A stretch of 64,000 nucleotides of DNA from Acetobacteraceae bacterium (GCA_025452005.1 JANWJK010000020.1:1740-65739); one strand, 5' to 3'; shown: positions 52,642-62,560, counted from the stretch's first letter. Translations and numbers: made by a program. Notes: generated by a model from the letters alone, not told the origin.

Positions 52642-54420
52642 TCAGACGATCTCGCTGCAGGCCGCAGCGAGCCAATCACGCGCACCAGCCTCTAGATGCG
52701 GACCGACGTCGTTCCGTACTCGCGCATGATACGCGTTCAACCAGGCAAGCTCCGATGTGTCGAGCATCGTCGGATCGATCAACCGCCGGTCGAACGGCGC
52801 CAGGGTCAGCGTCTCGAAGCGAAGGAACGGCTTGCTGGCTGTCGGAAATATAGCGTCTTGCACCAACAGCAGGTTCTCGAGCCGGATACCGTATTCGCCC
52901 GGCTGGTAGTAGCCCGGTTCGTTCGAGAGGATCATTCCGGCTTCGATCGACACTGGGCGAGCGAGACGAGACAGGCTGACAGGGCCTTCGTGTACTGACA
53001 GGTAGCTCCCTACACCATGGCCGGTACCGTGGTCGTAGTCCAGGCCGACCTGCCACAACGCTCGGCGCGCGAACGCATCGAGATGGGCACCGCCGACACC
53101 ACGCGGAAACACCAAAGTGGCGATGGCGATGTGGCCCTTCATCACCCGGGTAACCTGCTCGCGCAGGAACTGCGGAGGGTTGCCGGGCCCGGTCCAGACC
53201 GTGCGCGTGATATCTGTCGTGCCACTGAGATATTGCGCACCGGAATCAATCAGATAGACCTCGTTCGGCCTGAGGGGCCGGTTGCTACTCTCGGTGACGC
53301 GGTAGTGGATGATGGCTCCGTGTTCGCCTGCACCCGAGATCGCCGGAAAACTCTCGCCTCGGAAACCAGCTAGCTGCTCTCGGAAGGCCAACAACGTGGC
53401 TGCCGCTGACATCTCCGTCTCAGTGCCCTGCGGACCTGTTTCAGCAAGGAAGTGCAGGAAACGGCAGATCGCCACGGCATCACGCCGGTGCGCCTCGCGT
53501 GCTCCCTGCTGTTCGGTTTCGTTCTTGCACGCCTTCGGTAACAGGCAGGGATCAGGACCGACCACCACCACTGCACCTGACTTGCGCAAGGTCTGCGCAA
53601 ACCAGACTGGGGTGCCTGCGAAATCCACCCTAACTCGCTTGACCGCAAGCCGTTCCAGCGCCGGGGCCAGGGCTTCGCGTCCCGCTACCGAAACGGTGTT
53701 GCCGAGCCAGGCGCGGCTGGCTTCGGTCAGCTTGGCGGAATCCATGAACAGCTCTATGCCACCGTCGGCATGCACAAGAGCGAATCCCAGTGCGAACGGC
53801 GTGAACGGCACATCGTTACCGCGAATGTTCAGCAACCAGGCGATTGAAGCTGGATCGGTGACCACCGCCGCATCCAGCCTCGCTTCGCGTAGCAATCTGG
53901 CGATCTGCTTGCGCTTTTCGTCTGTGCTGCGCCCGGAGTACTCCAATGGATGAGGCGATATCGGCATGACCGGCGCCTGAGGCCGGTCAGTCCACACAGC
54001 ATCGATCGGATTGCGAGCCACCGCTACCATGTCAAGCCCGGCATCGGTGTAGCGCGTGAGACCTTCTTCGCTGATCAGCATCGGGTCATAGCCAATCCTT
54101 GAGCCTGCCGCCGCGTTCGCCGTGAGCCAATCGTGTGGGGGGTTCTCAGTGAGGTGCCGACGCTGCCACAACCTTGCATCGGTCTGCGTCGCCAGCTGCA
54201 ACACATAGCGACCATCAGTGAACAACGCCGCTTTATCCAGCAACACCACCGCTGTCCCGGCGCTCCCAGAGAAGCCGGTGAGCCAGACGAGTCTCTCAGC
54301 CGACGCCGGGACGTACTCGCTTAGATGCTCATCGGCGCGCGGAACAATGAAACCGTCCAACCCTTGACGCTTCATCTCCAAGCGCAATTTTGTGACACGC
54401 TCACCGTGCATTTCAGTCAT
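52642..54420 (-). CDS. pepP: Aminopeptidase P (Xaa-Pro aminopeptidase, M24B)
   Basis: HGTGHGVGSYLSVHE and SNEPGYY metal-ligand motifs. 592 aa. Confidence 0.9.
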   Translation of the reverse strand: MTEMHGERVTKLRLEMKRQGLDGFIVPRADEHLSEYVPASAERLVWLTGFSGSAGTAVVLLDKAALFTDGRYVLQLATQTDARLWQRRHLTENPPHDWLTANAAAGSRIGYDPMLISEEGLTRYTDAGLDMVAVARNPIDAVWTDRPQAPVMPISPHPLEYSGRSTDEKRKQIARLLREARLDAAVVTDPASIAWLLNIRGNDVPFTPFALGFALVHADGGIELFMDSAKLTEASRAWLGNTVSVAGREALAPALERLAVKRVRVDFAGTPVWFAQTLRKSGAVVVVGPDPCLLPKACKNETEQQGAREAHRRDAVAICRFLHFLAETGPQGTETEMSAAATLLAFREQLAGFRGESFPAISGAGEHGAIIHYRVTESSNRPLRPNEVYLIDSGAQYLSGTTDITRTVWTGPGNPPQFLREQVTRVMKGHIAIATLVFPRGVGGAHLDAFARRALWQVGLDYDHGTGHGVGSYLSVHEGPVSLSRLARPVSIEAGMILSNEPGYYQPGEYGIRLENLLLVQDAIFPTASKPFLRFETLTLAPFDRRLIDPTMLDTSELAWLNAYHARVRNDVGPHLEAGARDWLAAACSEIV

Positions 54421-54605
54421 TTTCAGACCTCTCCATCAAGCCATTACTTCTGTTCATAACTCGTTAAACACCCATGCATCAGGCGCATATGTGTTGGGCC
54501 GATTCGGCAATTTATGCCCTGTGCAACAGGGTTTAGCTTCTTTCTCAGACGACTGGGACGCCTCGTTGCGCGGACGATGCGCCAGACCCGTTTCTTGTCT
54601 TGGGA

Positions 54606-54926
54606 ATGAGGCTCATGAATACTCCAATTGCCAAGGACCAATTTGGCTTCTCGCTGGGCAATCTGACTTACATCGACTCGGCCTATGATGATGACGCGCC
54701 CGGATCGATCGCTGCCGCGCAGAAGCATGCGGTCAGAGAATGGGTCAGTCGCTTGCTTATCAGGATCGCCGAATGGCAGCGCCGACGCGCTGTCATGCAG
54801 GAGATGGCGATGATGACCGACCATGAACTGTCCGACATCGGCTTGTCACGGGCAGACTTGGCGCGCGTTTTCGACCCGGCGTTCGCCGCCGATCATACGC
54901 GTGGCCGCGATTACATCGCGTACTGA
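54606..54926 (+). CDS. DUF1127 domain protein
   Basis: QRRRAVMQEMAMMTDHELSDIGLSRADL is the DUF1127 pattern. The start is uncertain: TTG 54600, ATG 54606 or ATG 54615. Confidence 0.6.
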   Translation: MRLMNTPIAKDQFGFSLGNLTYIDSAYDDDAPGSIAAAQKHAVREWVSRLLIRIAEWQRRRAVMQEMAMMTDHELSDIGLSRADLARVFDPAFAADHTRGRDYIAY

Positions 54927-55920
54927 CGGACGAGGTATTTTGCCCCAGTGCGACGCGCGGGGCGGCACTGGCGGATCGGCGTAGTATGAGGGTTGCCCAC
55001 ACGCCCTCTTGGAGGTTGGCCTCTAGCCGGAGTCCGCAGCGCAAATGGGCCGCCAGAACGCTCCGCGACTGGCTCTGTAACAGGCCTGAGAGAATCGCTG
55101 TTCCTCCAGGTGCCATATGCGCCGCAAGTTGGCACGCCATTAGGGACAGCGGTCGGGCGAGAATATTGGCCAGCACCAGATCGTAGGGGCCGCCGGCTCG
55201 AACCGTCACGTGTCGCCAGCCATTTGCCAATCTGATCCTCACTAACCGTCTTAGTCGGTTCAGTGATACATTCTCGCGCGCCACATATACCGACCAGGGC
55301 TCGATATCCGTTGCCAAGACTGGTCGATGTAGCAGTCGAGCGGCAGCCATCGCCAGAATCCCCGAACCGGTACCGAGGTCCAGTATGCGCCGCGGCCGTC
55401 GCCAAGCGACAAGTTCCAGGGCGCGAACGCACCCGCGCGTTGAACCATGTTCACCCGAGCCGAACGCAAGCCCGGCATCCAAGGTCAAGCCAAGGCGCCC
55501 CGTCGATGGCGGGTTGCAGAGGTGCGTGCCCCGCACGGAAAATCGTCGGCCAATCCGTTGCTCGGGAAACGACGCGTACGATTTCGCCAGCCAGCCTTCC
55601 GCTGCAGTCGGAGTTCGCTGGAGCGAAGGTCGGACGCCTGACACTTCGCCAGCCAGCGCCAGCGCGGCCGCAAGGGCCGAAGCGTCGCCACCGACAGCCT
55701 TTACACCTTCGACTCGCCAAGTGCCTGTATTGTGCTCGCGGAAGAAGCCTACCGCGAAACAGGCACTCGAGAGCGCGGCTTCGTAGACCTCGAGCGCTGA
55801 TTCGGGCACGTCGACAGATATCGTTTCGAGGGTTGTGATGCGTCGCCGACGAGGGCCCCGTTCGCCGACGCGTTCCCGCCCAAGCGATCCTGCCGCCGAA
55901 GCAGGCGCGAACCGCTTCAT
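54793..55920 (-). CDS. prmA: Ribosomal protein L11 methyltransferase
   Basis: ILDLGTGSGILAMAAA SAM motif, ATDIEP, LVLANILARPL. The ATG overlaps the uvrD stop (ATGA). The last approx. 60 codons look non-homologous and overlap the convergent DUF1127 gene. Confidence 0.8.
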   Translation of the reverse strand: MKRFAPASAAGSLGRERVGERGPRRRRITTLETISVDVPESALEVYEAALSSACFAVGFFREHNTGTWRVEGVKAVGGDASALAAALALAGEVSGVRPSLQRTPTAAEGWLAKSYASFPEQRIGRRFSVRGTHLCNPPSTGRLGLTLDAGLAFGSGEHGSTRGCVRALELVAWRRPRRILDLGTGSGILAMAAARLLHRPVLATDIEPWSVYVARENVSLNRLRRLVRIRLANGWRHVTVRAGGPYDLVLANILARPLSLMACQLAAHMAPGGTAILSGLLQSQSRSVLAAHLRCGLRLEANLQEGVWATLILRRSASAAPRVALGQNTSSVSTRCNRGHAYDRRRTPGRKRAPSLPVTSRCRTVHGRSSSPSPA

Positions 55921-58103
55921 GCCTTCTCCACAAAACGATCCAGCACGCGCTTCGCGCCCGCCTTGTCAAACGCCACTTCGAGCCGATCATCCTGGGCCGC
56001 CCTCACGGTGCCGTAACCGAACTTGTGGTGAAACACCCGCGATCCGATTGGTATTGCATCAGTCCGGGCAGGCCGCGACTGGTCCTCCCATGCCTCAATC
56101 GTGCGCGTTCGCCGTGCCACCAAGGGGAATTGACCGGCGAACGCCGTCGCCGCCGGTCCCCAAGCGTCACGAGCCAGCATCGCCGAACCGGTTCGCTCGA
56201 CATCGCCGCCCGGCAGTTCGTCGATGAAGCGGCTCGGAATGCTGCTCTGCCAATTTGCGTAAATCCGCCGGTTGGCGGCATGACTGATGATGGCCCGTCG
56301 GCGCGCCCGAGTCAGGCCGACATAGGCAAGGCGCCGCTCCTCCTCCAGCGCCTTCACGCCGCCTTCATCCAGCGCACGCTGGTTGGGAAACAATCCCTCC
56401 TCCCAGCCAGGCAAGAATACCGTGTCGAACTCCAAACCCTTCGCACCATGCAGCGTCATCAGGCTGACCCGGTCGCCTTCGGCCGCCTCGTCGTTCTCCA
56501 TAACGAGTGATACATGGCCGAGGAAGCCGGATAGCGTTTCGAAGTCGGCCAGCGCGCGGACCAGTTCCTTCAAGTTTTCGAGCCGCCCAGGTGCTTCGGG
56601 TGATTTGTCCTGCTGCCACATTGCCGTATAGCCGCTTTCGTCGAGCATTGTCGTGACAGTCACAACATGGCCGTCCTTATCCAGTTGCGCCCGCCAACGG
56701 GCGAAGCCGCGCAACAGCAAATCGATCTGTTCCCTGACCCGGCCCTTCAGGCGACCGTCGGCAACTAAGTTCAAGGCAGATTCCATCAGGGGTTTGCCAT
56801 CCTCTCTTGCTGCCTGGTGGAGCGCGCGTAACGCGGCTTCTCCAACGCCGCGCCGCGGAACATTGACGATCCGCTCGAACGCGAGATCGTCGGCAGGCTG
56901 AGCGATCAGGCGCATATAGGCGATGGCATCGCGGATCTCCTGACGCTCGTAGAACCGTAGCCCGCCAACAACGCGATAAGGCATCCCGAGGGTGATCAAT
57001 CGCTCCTCGAATGCACGGGTCTGAAAGCCGGCACGCACCAAGATTGCCATCTCCGCAAGCGGATCGCCATCTCGCCGAAGTGCTTCGATGCGATCACCCA
57101 CCATGCGGGCTTCCTCATCCGAGTCCCACAGCCCTACCACCGACACAGGCTCGCCTGTTGCGTCCTGACGTCCAGGTCGCAGGGTCTTGTCTAACCGTCC
57201 TTCATTGTGGGCGATCAACGCCGCGGCCGCGGCTAGGATTGGTGCGGTGGATCGGTAGTTGGCCTCCAGCCGCACGATCTTGGCGCCGGGAAAATCGTGC
57301 TCGAAACGCAGGATGTTCTCTACCTCAGCGCCGCGCCACGAATAGATCGACTGATCATCGTCCCCGACACAGCAGATGTTCTTGTGCGTCTGAGCGAGTA
57401 GGCGCAACCAGAGATACTGCACCAGATTCGTGTCCTGGTATTCGTCGACCAGGATATAGCGGAATAGCCGGTGATACTGCGCAAGGACGTCGGGTTTGTC
57501 CCGCAGCAATTCGGTCATATGCAGAAGCAGATCACCGAAATCGGCTGCGTTTACCGAGCGCAGTCGCGTCTGATAGGCCGCATAAAGCGCGCGAGAACGG
57601 CCGGCCGCGAAGTCAGTGTCTTCCTGCGGCGTGACGCGCGCCGGCGTAAGGCCGCGATCCTTCCAACGCTGGATCACCGCCATCAACGCCTGCGGCACCC
57701 AGCGCTTTACGTCTACCCGCTCCGCCTCCATGACCTGCTTCAGCAGGCGTACTTGATCGTCCGTGTCGAGGATAGAGAAGCTCGATGTCAGTCCCACTTG
57801 CTCCGCATGCCGGCGCAGCATCCGAGCGCACAGGGAGTGGAATGTGCCGAGCCAGAGGCCTTCTGCCGGCCGGCCGAGGATCGCGCCGACTCGCTCCCGC
57901 ATCTCTCGGGCCGCCTTATTGGTGAAAGTGACCGCCAGCACCTGGCTCGGATAGGCACGACCGGTGAGCAGGATGTGGGCGAAGCGCGTAGTCAGCACGC
58001 GCGTCTTGCCAGTGCCGGCACCCGCCAGCACAAGCAGCGGGCCGTCTACTGTTTCGACAGCTTCGCGTTGCTGGGCGTTGAGATGCACAAGGTAGTCGGT
58101 CAT
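55917..58103 (-). CDS. uvrD: UvrD/PcrA-type superfamily 1 DNA helicase
   Basis: LNAQQREAV, Walker A AGAGTGKT, motif II VDEYQDTN, TLHGAKGLEF. 728 aa. Confidence 0.9.
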   Translation of the reverse strand: MTDYLVHLNAQQREAVETVDGPLLVLAGAGTGKTRVLTTRFAHILLTGRAYPSQVLAVTFTNKAAREMRERVGAILGRPAEGLWLGTFHSLCARMLRRHAEQVGLTSSFSILDTDDQVRLLKQVMEAERVDVKRWVPQALMAVIQRWKDRGLTPARVTPQEDTDFAAGRSRALYAAYQTRLRSVNAADFGDLLLHMTELLRDKPDVLAQYHRLFRYILVDEYQDTNLVQYLWLRLLAQTHKNICCVGDDDQSIYSWRGAEVENILRFEHDFPGAKIVRLEANYRSTAPILAAAAALIAHNEGRLDKTLRPGRQDATGEPVSVVGLWDSDEEARMVGDRIEALRRDGDPLAEMAILVRAGFQTRAFEERLITLGMPYRVVGGLRFYERQEIRDAIAYMRLIAQPADDLAFERIVNVPRRGVGEAALRALHQAAREDGKPLMESALNLVADGRLKGRVREQIDLLLRGFARWRAQLDKDGHVVTVTTMLDESGYTAMWQQDKSPEAPGRLENLKELVRALADFETLSGFLGHVSLVMENDEAAEGDRVSLMTLHGAKGLEFDTVFLPGWEEGLFPNQRALDEGGVKALEEERRLAYVGLTRARRRAIISHAANRRIYANWQSSIPSRFIDELPGGDVERTGSAMLARDAWGPAATAFAGQFPLVARRTRTIEAWEDQSRPARTDAIPIGSRVFHHKFGYGTVRAAQDDRLEVAFDKAGAKRVLDRFVEKA

Positions 58104-58170
58104 TTGATCCAGATATAATGCGCGCCACCGGTTCGGGCCAAGCGCTCACCGCGTCGTCCCCTCCTGCGTG

Positions 58171-59130
58171 TCATTCGACCTTTCCCGGCCGCACGCCCAG
58201 GATGTGCGCGATCGCGTATGTCAACTCCGGGCGGTTGAGCGTATAGAAGTGGAACTCGTCCACCCCATTGGCCTGCAGCAACCGCACCTGCTCGGCCGCC
58301 ACCACCGCCGCCACCAATCGTCGAGTATCCGGATCATCGTCGAGCCCATCGAATAAATGCCCCAGCCAGTCGGGCACACTTCCTCCCGATAACGCGGACA
58401 TCCGCCGCAGCCCGGCGAGATTGGTTACGGGCATGATACCAGGCACGATCGGCGCTGCGATCCCGGCAGCCAGACATAGATCGAGGAAGCGTAGGAATAC
58501 TGACGTGTCGAAGAAGAAGTTGGTGATTGCCCGATTGGCGCCTGCATCCAGTTTGCGCTTCAAATTGTCAAGATCGGCCATACGCGACTGCGCCTGTGGG
58601 TGCACCTCGGGATAGGCTGCAACCGAGACTTCGAACGGTGCAACACGCCTCAGCCCGGCCACAAGATCCGCAGCGAAATGATAGCCATGGGGATGCGGCT
58701 GGAAGCTCTCCCCCGGCGGTGGGTCACCACGCAGCGCAACGATGTGACGGACGCCCGCCTCCCAGTAGCTCCGCGCCACTTCGTCCACCTCCTCGCAAGT
58801 CGCACCAACGCAAGTCAGGTGAGCCGCAGGCACCAACGCAGTCTCCCGCACCAAGCGCGCGACAGTCGCATGGGTGCGCTGACGCGTGCTACCACCCGCA
58901 CCATAGGTCACTGAAACGAATCTAGGACGCAACGGTGACAGCCGGTGAATGCAGGCCCAGAGTTGCTGCTCCAACGCCTCTGTCTTCGGCGGGAAGAATT
59001 CAAAAGACAGCAGCGGCGGCGGATGCGTGGCTGTACGCGACGGCAGCGCGGAGAAGCGCGGGCCGGTCAGCCAGCGTTCCAGCGTCGGTTGGGCTGCTTC
59101 GGAGCGGGAGACTTCCGGAACGTCGCTCAT
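58171..59130 (-). CDS. metF: 5,10-methylenetetrahydrofolate reductase
   Basis: SFEFFPPKT and VSVTYGAGGSTR motifs. 319 aa. Confidence 0.92.
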   Translation of the reverse strand: MSDVPEVSRSEAAQPTLERWLTGPRFSALPSRTATHPPPLLSFEFFPPKTEALEQQLWACIHRLSPLRPRFVSVTYGAGGSTRQRTHATVARLVRETALVPAAHLTCVGATCEEVDEVARSYWEAGVRHIVALRGDPPPGESFQPHPHGYHFAADLVAGLRRVAPFEVSVAAYPEVHPQAQSRMADLDNLKRKLDAGANRAITNFFFDTSVFLRFLDLCLAAGIAAPIVPGIMPVTNLAGLRRMSALSGGSVPDWLGHLFDGLDDDPDTRRLVAAVVAAEQVRLLQANGVDEFHFYTLNRPELTYAIAHILGVRPGKVE

Positions 59131-59689
59131 AATCTCTCTTTCGCATCTTCACACGGCAGTGCAAGTGGCAATTGGCCTGCTGCCGACGGACCACCTTGCG
59201 AGCCGTGCGGTTCCGCAGATCGCGAGTTGTCCGGTGTTCAGGGTTCTTCCGCAAGAGACGGTGAATCAGACTGCGGGTCCTTACGATCGAATTCAAGGAC
59301 CCCCTTCAGGGGCGCTTGCTAGGACGGAAGATCGCGCCGCCACCCGCGGACTGGCTCGCTGACTGTCGTTGGGCAACAGCGGGGCCTTGTCAGGGGGCTA
59401 GCACGCACGCCACACCGGCCGGCCGCGCCGTGATGTCCAGCCAGTCAGGATATGTTGGCCAGGGACCCCGGTTGGCTCCGTTGCCAGGCTGTGCATTCGA
59501 CCCGACGGTAATGCCGGTCAGTGCAGTCACCGGAGCGTCGGAGGGAACCGTCAAGTGCCGGCACGAGCGAAGGTCCCTGCCATTCTGGCGAAAAAGGTCA
59601 TAAATCGTTGACGCACTTCACAGATTTTGCGTTCGCCGGGCCGGTAGTCTAGGCTGAATCGACCTTAGCAGAGTCCCTCGGAGCGCCCG

Positions 59690-60997
59690 ATGCAGGCAGA
59701 GCGCGAAGTTGTCCGGTTCCTGTCAGCCTATCAGACGATCTGGCACGCGCATTTCCCCAGCCTGTTCCGGCGGGCGCAGTGGCACATCGTCACGCATCTT
59801 TGCACCGTCGGTCGCGAAGGCGCCGCGGTCGGCGAGCTCTATGGTCTGGTCAAGCAGGTATTCCTGCTCGACGATTCGACCGTCAAGGAACGCATCCTGG
59901 AGATCAAGGAACAGGGGCTCTGCGCCGTCGATCCCGCGCACGCCGCGTTGTCGGCGCGGTCCGTCATCGTGCCGACCTCCACACTCCTCGATCTGTTCGA
60001 TCGCCATCTGCTGGCGCTGGCGAAGGAGCTGTGTTCCACGGCCACAAGGCTTGATCCGGCGACGCACGCCGTGCCACCGCGCAGGATCGGCGCCGAGCAG
60101 CGGAACATCATTCTGCAATCGCTCACCAGATGCCGCGAGGCGTGGCGGCAGGCATTGGACCGCATATTCGACACAATCAACTTGTCGCGCGCGCGCCGCG
60201 TCGAGGCGATCCGGCACCTCAACTCGATGTCGCACTGGACTCTGCTGCACATGGCGGTCGAGCTGCGCTACGGCACCTCCGCATTCGCCGGCAGCGAACC
60301 GGGCATTCTGGCCGACCAGATGGCCGCGAGCCTGCTCAACCTCACCGGGCAGAATTTTCAGACCACGCGTGACCACATCGCCTATCTGATATCCCTCAGC
60401 CTGCTAGAACGCCAACCGGGTAAGTCGCTGCGCGTCGCGCTGTCGGAACAGGCGGCGACGGAGTTTCATCAGGCGTTGGGAGTCGCGGTCGCGGCCTTAC
60501 CGGAGGTGGCCCGACACCTCGCCGCCGCATCGCCTGAACCGGACGAGGATCCCGTGATCGATGCGACGCTGAACCTCCGCTCGGTGCAGGCGATGCAGCT
60601 CCTGGCTGCCGAGGCACAGCACCATCTGGTCATTCTGCAACCGGAATCGGCTGTGCGTCGCGTGCCGCTGCCGGCGGGTTCGCTGACCATCGGGCGTGCA
60701 CCACCGAGCACGCTGCTTCTGGAGGGAGCCGAGGTCTCTCGCACGCATTGCCGCATCGATGTAGCCGGCGACGAGGTCAGCGTCACCGACCTCAATTCCA
60801 CCAACGGCACGTTTGTCGACAACAAGCGCCTATCCGGCACCGCGCCGTTCAACCACGGCTCGATGCTGCGGATCGGCAACTACGTGGTGACCTGTGAATA
60901 TCAGAGCGTTCTGCAGGCCGAATCGGCCGACACCACACAGAAGGCGTCGTTCGGCGATGTGGCGGTTTTGCGGCCGCGCCGCGGCCGGCCCGCCTAG
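59690..60997 (+). CDS. FHA domain protein with a long helical, possibly duplicated winged-helix-like N-terminal region
   Basis: C-terminal FHA: LTIGRAPPSTLLLEGAEVSRTHCRIDVAGDEVSVTDLNSTNGTFVDNKRL...LRIGNYVV. I did not recognise the N-terminal 330 aa. GGAG lies 6 nt before the ATG. Confidence 0.75.
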   Translation: MQAEREVVRFLSAYQTIWHAHFPSLFRRAQWHIVTHLCTVGREGAAVGELYGLVKQVFLLDDSTVKERILEIKEQGLCAVDPAHAALSARSVIVPTSTLLDLFDRHLLALAKELCSTATRLDPATHAVPPRRIGAEQRNIILQSLTRCREAWRQALDRIFDTINLSRARRVEAIRHLNSMSHWTLLHMAVELRYGTSAFAGSEPGILADQMAASLLNLTGQNFQTTRDHIAYLISLSLLERQPGKSLRVALSEQAATEFHQALGVAVAALPEVARHLAAASPEPDEDPVIDATLNLRSVQAMQLLAAEAQHHLVILQPESAVRRVPLPAGSLTIGRAPPSTLLLEGAEVSRTHCRIDVAGDEVSVTDLNSTNGTFVDNKRLSGTAPFNHGSMLRIGNYVVTCEYQSVLQAESADTTQKASFGDVAVLRPRRGRPA

Positions 60998-61290
60998 CGA
61001 ACAAAACAGGAAAATCCAGGCAAAGCACCCAGCAATTTCCCAGAGGAATCTTCGGGAAGTTCCAGTGAGTCGCCGTCAGGTTTTCCACCGGAACAGGCGG
61101 GGCATCCTCCCCATTTCGCGTGGCATCGGTCCGGCATAGATGCTTGGGGGCGGGACGGGAATGTCTCGACCGCACCCGCCAGAACAGCTGGTGGCATAAC
61201 TGCTGACGCCACCAGTGCCTACCAGAATCCATGATACGTCCTCCCCGAATTCGTATCATCGGTCCCCACTGGTCGGCACGGCGTCCGTAG

Positions 61291-61340
61291 GAGCAGGCAT
61301 GCGGGGAACCCCGACCATCGCATGCCTGCTCTCTTTTTAT
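61291..61340 (+). terminator. Intrinsic terminator (12-bp GC-rich stem plus T-tract) oriented for the + strand
   Basis: GAGCAGGCATGC (61291-61302), a 17-nt loop, GCATGCCTGCTC (61320-61331), then TCTTTTTAT. The minus-strand MFS stop codon (61337-61339) lies inside the T-tract. Confidence 0.6.
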
Positions 61341-62560
61341 CGGATGTCACGACCGAGCAGTGGTACCAGCAGGAATATCAACGCGGTGAACGCTGCCGAC
61401 ACCAAGATCAACGGTGCCAGCGATTGCTCAAACAGTTGCTGGTAGAGGAATGCACCGATCGTGTCGGCGAGCGGCGTCGACAGGTTGATGACCGACATCA
61501 GAGCGGCGAAGGCGAATCCCTCGGAACGCGCCGGACAGTGTTCGGCCGCGAGCGTTAGCGTGGCGATATTCGCCACCATGCCGGCGACGCCGGCGATGAA
61601 GTACACCGCGATGGCGCTGGTCACGTCGACCATTCCGAGGAACGCGAGCGTCGACAGCGTGCCGCCCAGGATACTGAGATTCAGCAGTGCGCGTGTCGTC
61701 ATACGTCGCAGCAAGTACCGATAGAGCAGGCCACCGGCGATCCAGCCTGCCGCGCTTACCGATGACAACATGCCTATCGTGCCCTGTGAGAACCGCAGGT
61801 GGTCGGTCATGTGAAAGTAAAGCGGCGTGCCGAAGCCGGGGCTGAAATAGTAGCAAAACAGGAAGCCGGCGATGAGCCAGAGCGTGCGCGAGCGGAAGGT
61901 TGCGATGAAGCCCTGCAGTGCACGTTTCAGCTCAGTGAGATTTATCGGCGCCCGCTGCTCATCGACCAGTGCGATACTGCTCACGACGACCGCGATCGGA
62001 GCCGCGGCGGCAATCGTGGCAGCAGCGTGGAATGCGCCGGCGGGTGACAGGATTTCGATCAGCTCGCCACCGGCGAGCGAGGCCACCATCACTGCAACGT
62101 TGAACCACAGCCACTGCTGATTGATGAATGCCGCGCTCGAACGATGCTTTTGGCCGTTCTCCACCAGGAGCGCACCGCACACGGTGCTGGAGGCGGCCAT
62201 CGCAATGGCGGTCAGCAGAAGTGCGAGCACGATCGCGGCCGGCGCCAGGACCCGCGTGGTCCAGAGGAAGGCCGCGACGGCGGCGGCATTTGCCAGCAGC
62301 AGGTAGCTACGGCGGCGATAGCCAAACAGCGGCAGGAAGTCCGAGACCATGCCGTAGAGCGGCTTCACAACCCACGGCACGTCGAGCACCGCGAGCGATG
62401 CGGCGATCTGCACCACATCCCAGCCCTGGGTCTCCTTCAGGTAGTGCGTGAGGGGCTGCCAGACGATGCCGACCTTAGCCTGGCAGAAGCCTTCCACCGA
62501 ATAAACGATGGCGAAGAACAGCATCAGGCGGGAGGTGCCGTCGGGACGAAGCTCTGGCAT
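61337..62560 (-). CDS. MFS transporter, folate-biopterin transporter (BT1) family
   Basis: VKPLYGMVSDFLPLFGYRRRSYL is the BT1 family motif. About 12 hydrophobic segments. Confidence 0.8.
   Translation of the reverse strand: MPELRPDGTSRLMLFFAIVYSVEGFCQAKVGIVWQPLTHYLKETQGWDVVQIAASLAVLDVPWVVKPLYGMVSDFLPLFGYRRRSYLLLANAAAVAAFLWTTRVLAPAAIVLALLLTAIAMAASSTVCGALLVENGQKHRSSAAFINQQWLWFNVAVMVASLAGGELIEILSPAGAFHAAATIAAAAPIAVVVSSIALVDEQRAPINLTELKRALQGFIATFRSRTLWLIAGFLFCYYFSPGFGTPLYFHMTDHLRFSQGTIGMLSSVSAAGWIAGGLLYRYLLRRMTTRALLNLSILGGTLSTLAFLGMVDVTSAIAVYFIAGVAGMVANIATLTLAAEHCPARSEGFAFAALMSVINLSTPLADTIGAFLYQQLFEQSLAPLILVSAAFTALIFLLVPLLGRDIR

Noticed and set aside
59131-59330. SAM-II or SAH riboswitch upstream of metF
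   Set aside because: I could not find the conserved cores (an AAAGCU-type pseudoknot strand for SAM-II; AGGCUC...ACGGCGCUC for SAH) on the minus strand. I left it only as a low-interest long-leader note.
60849-61259. Minus-strand ORF with an RBS-like GGGGAGGA 6 nt before an internal ATG (MDSGRHWWRQQ...)
   Set aside because: Third-position GC is poor for this genome, composition is Trp/Arg/Cys-rich, and it would overlap the FHA gene 3' end by about 150 nt. The RBS-like string is one arm-adjacent part of a hairpin.
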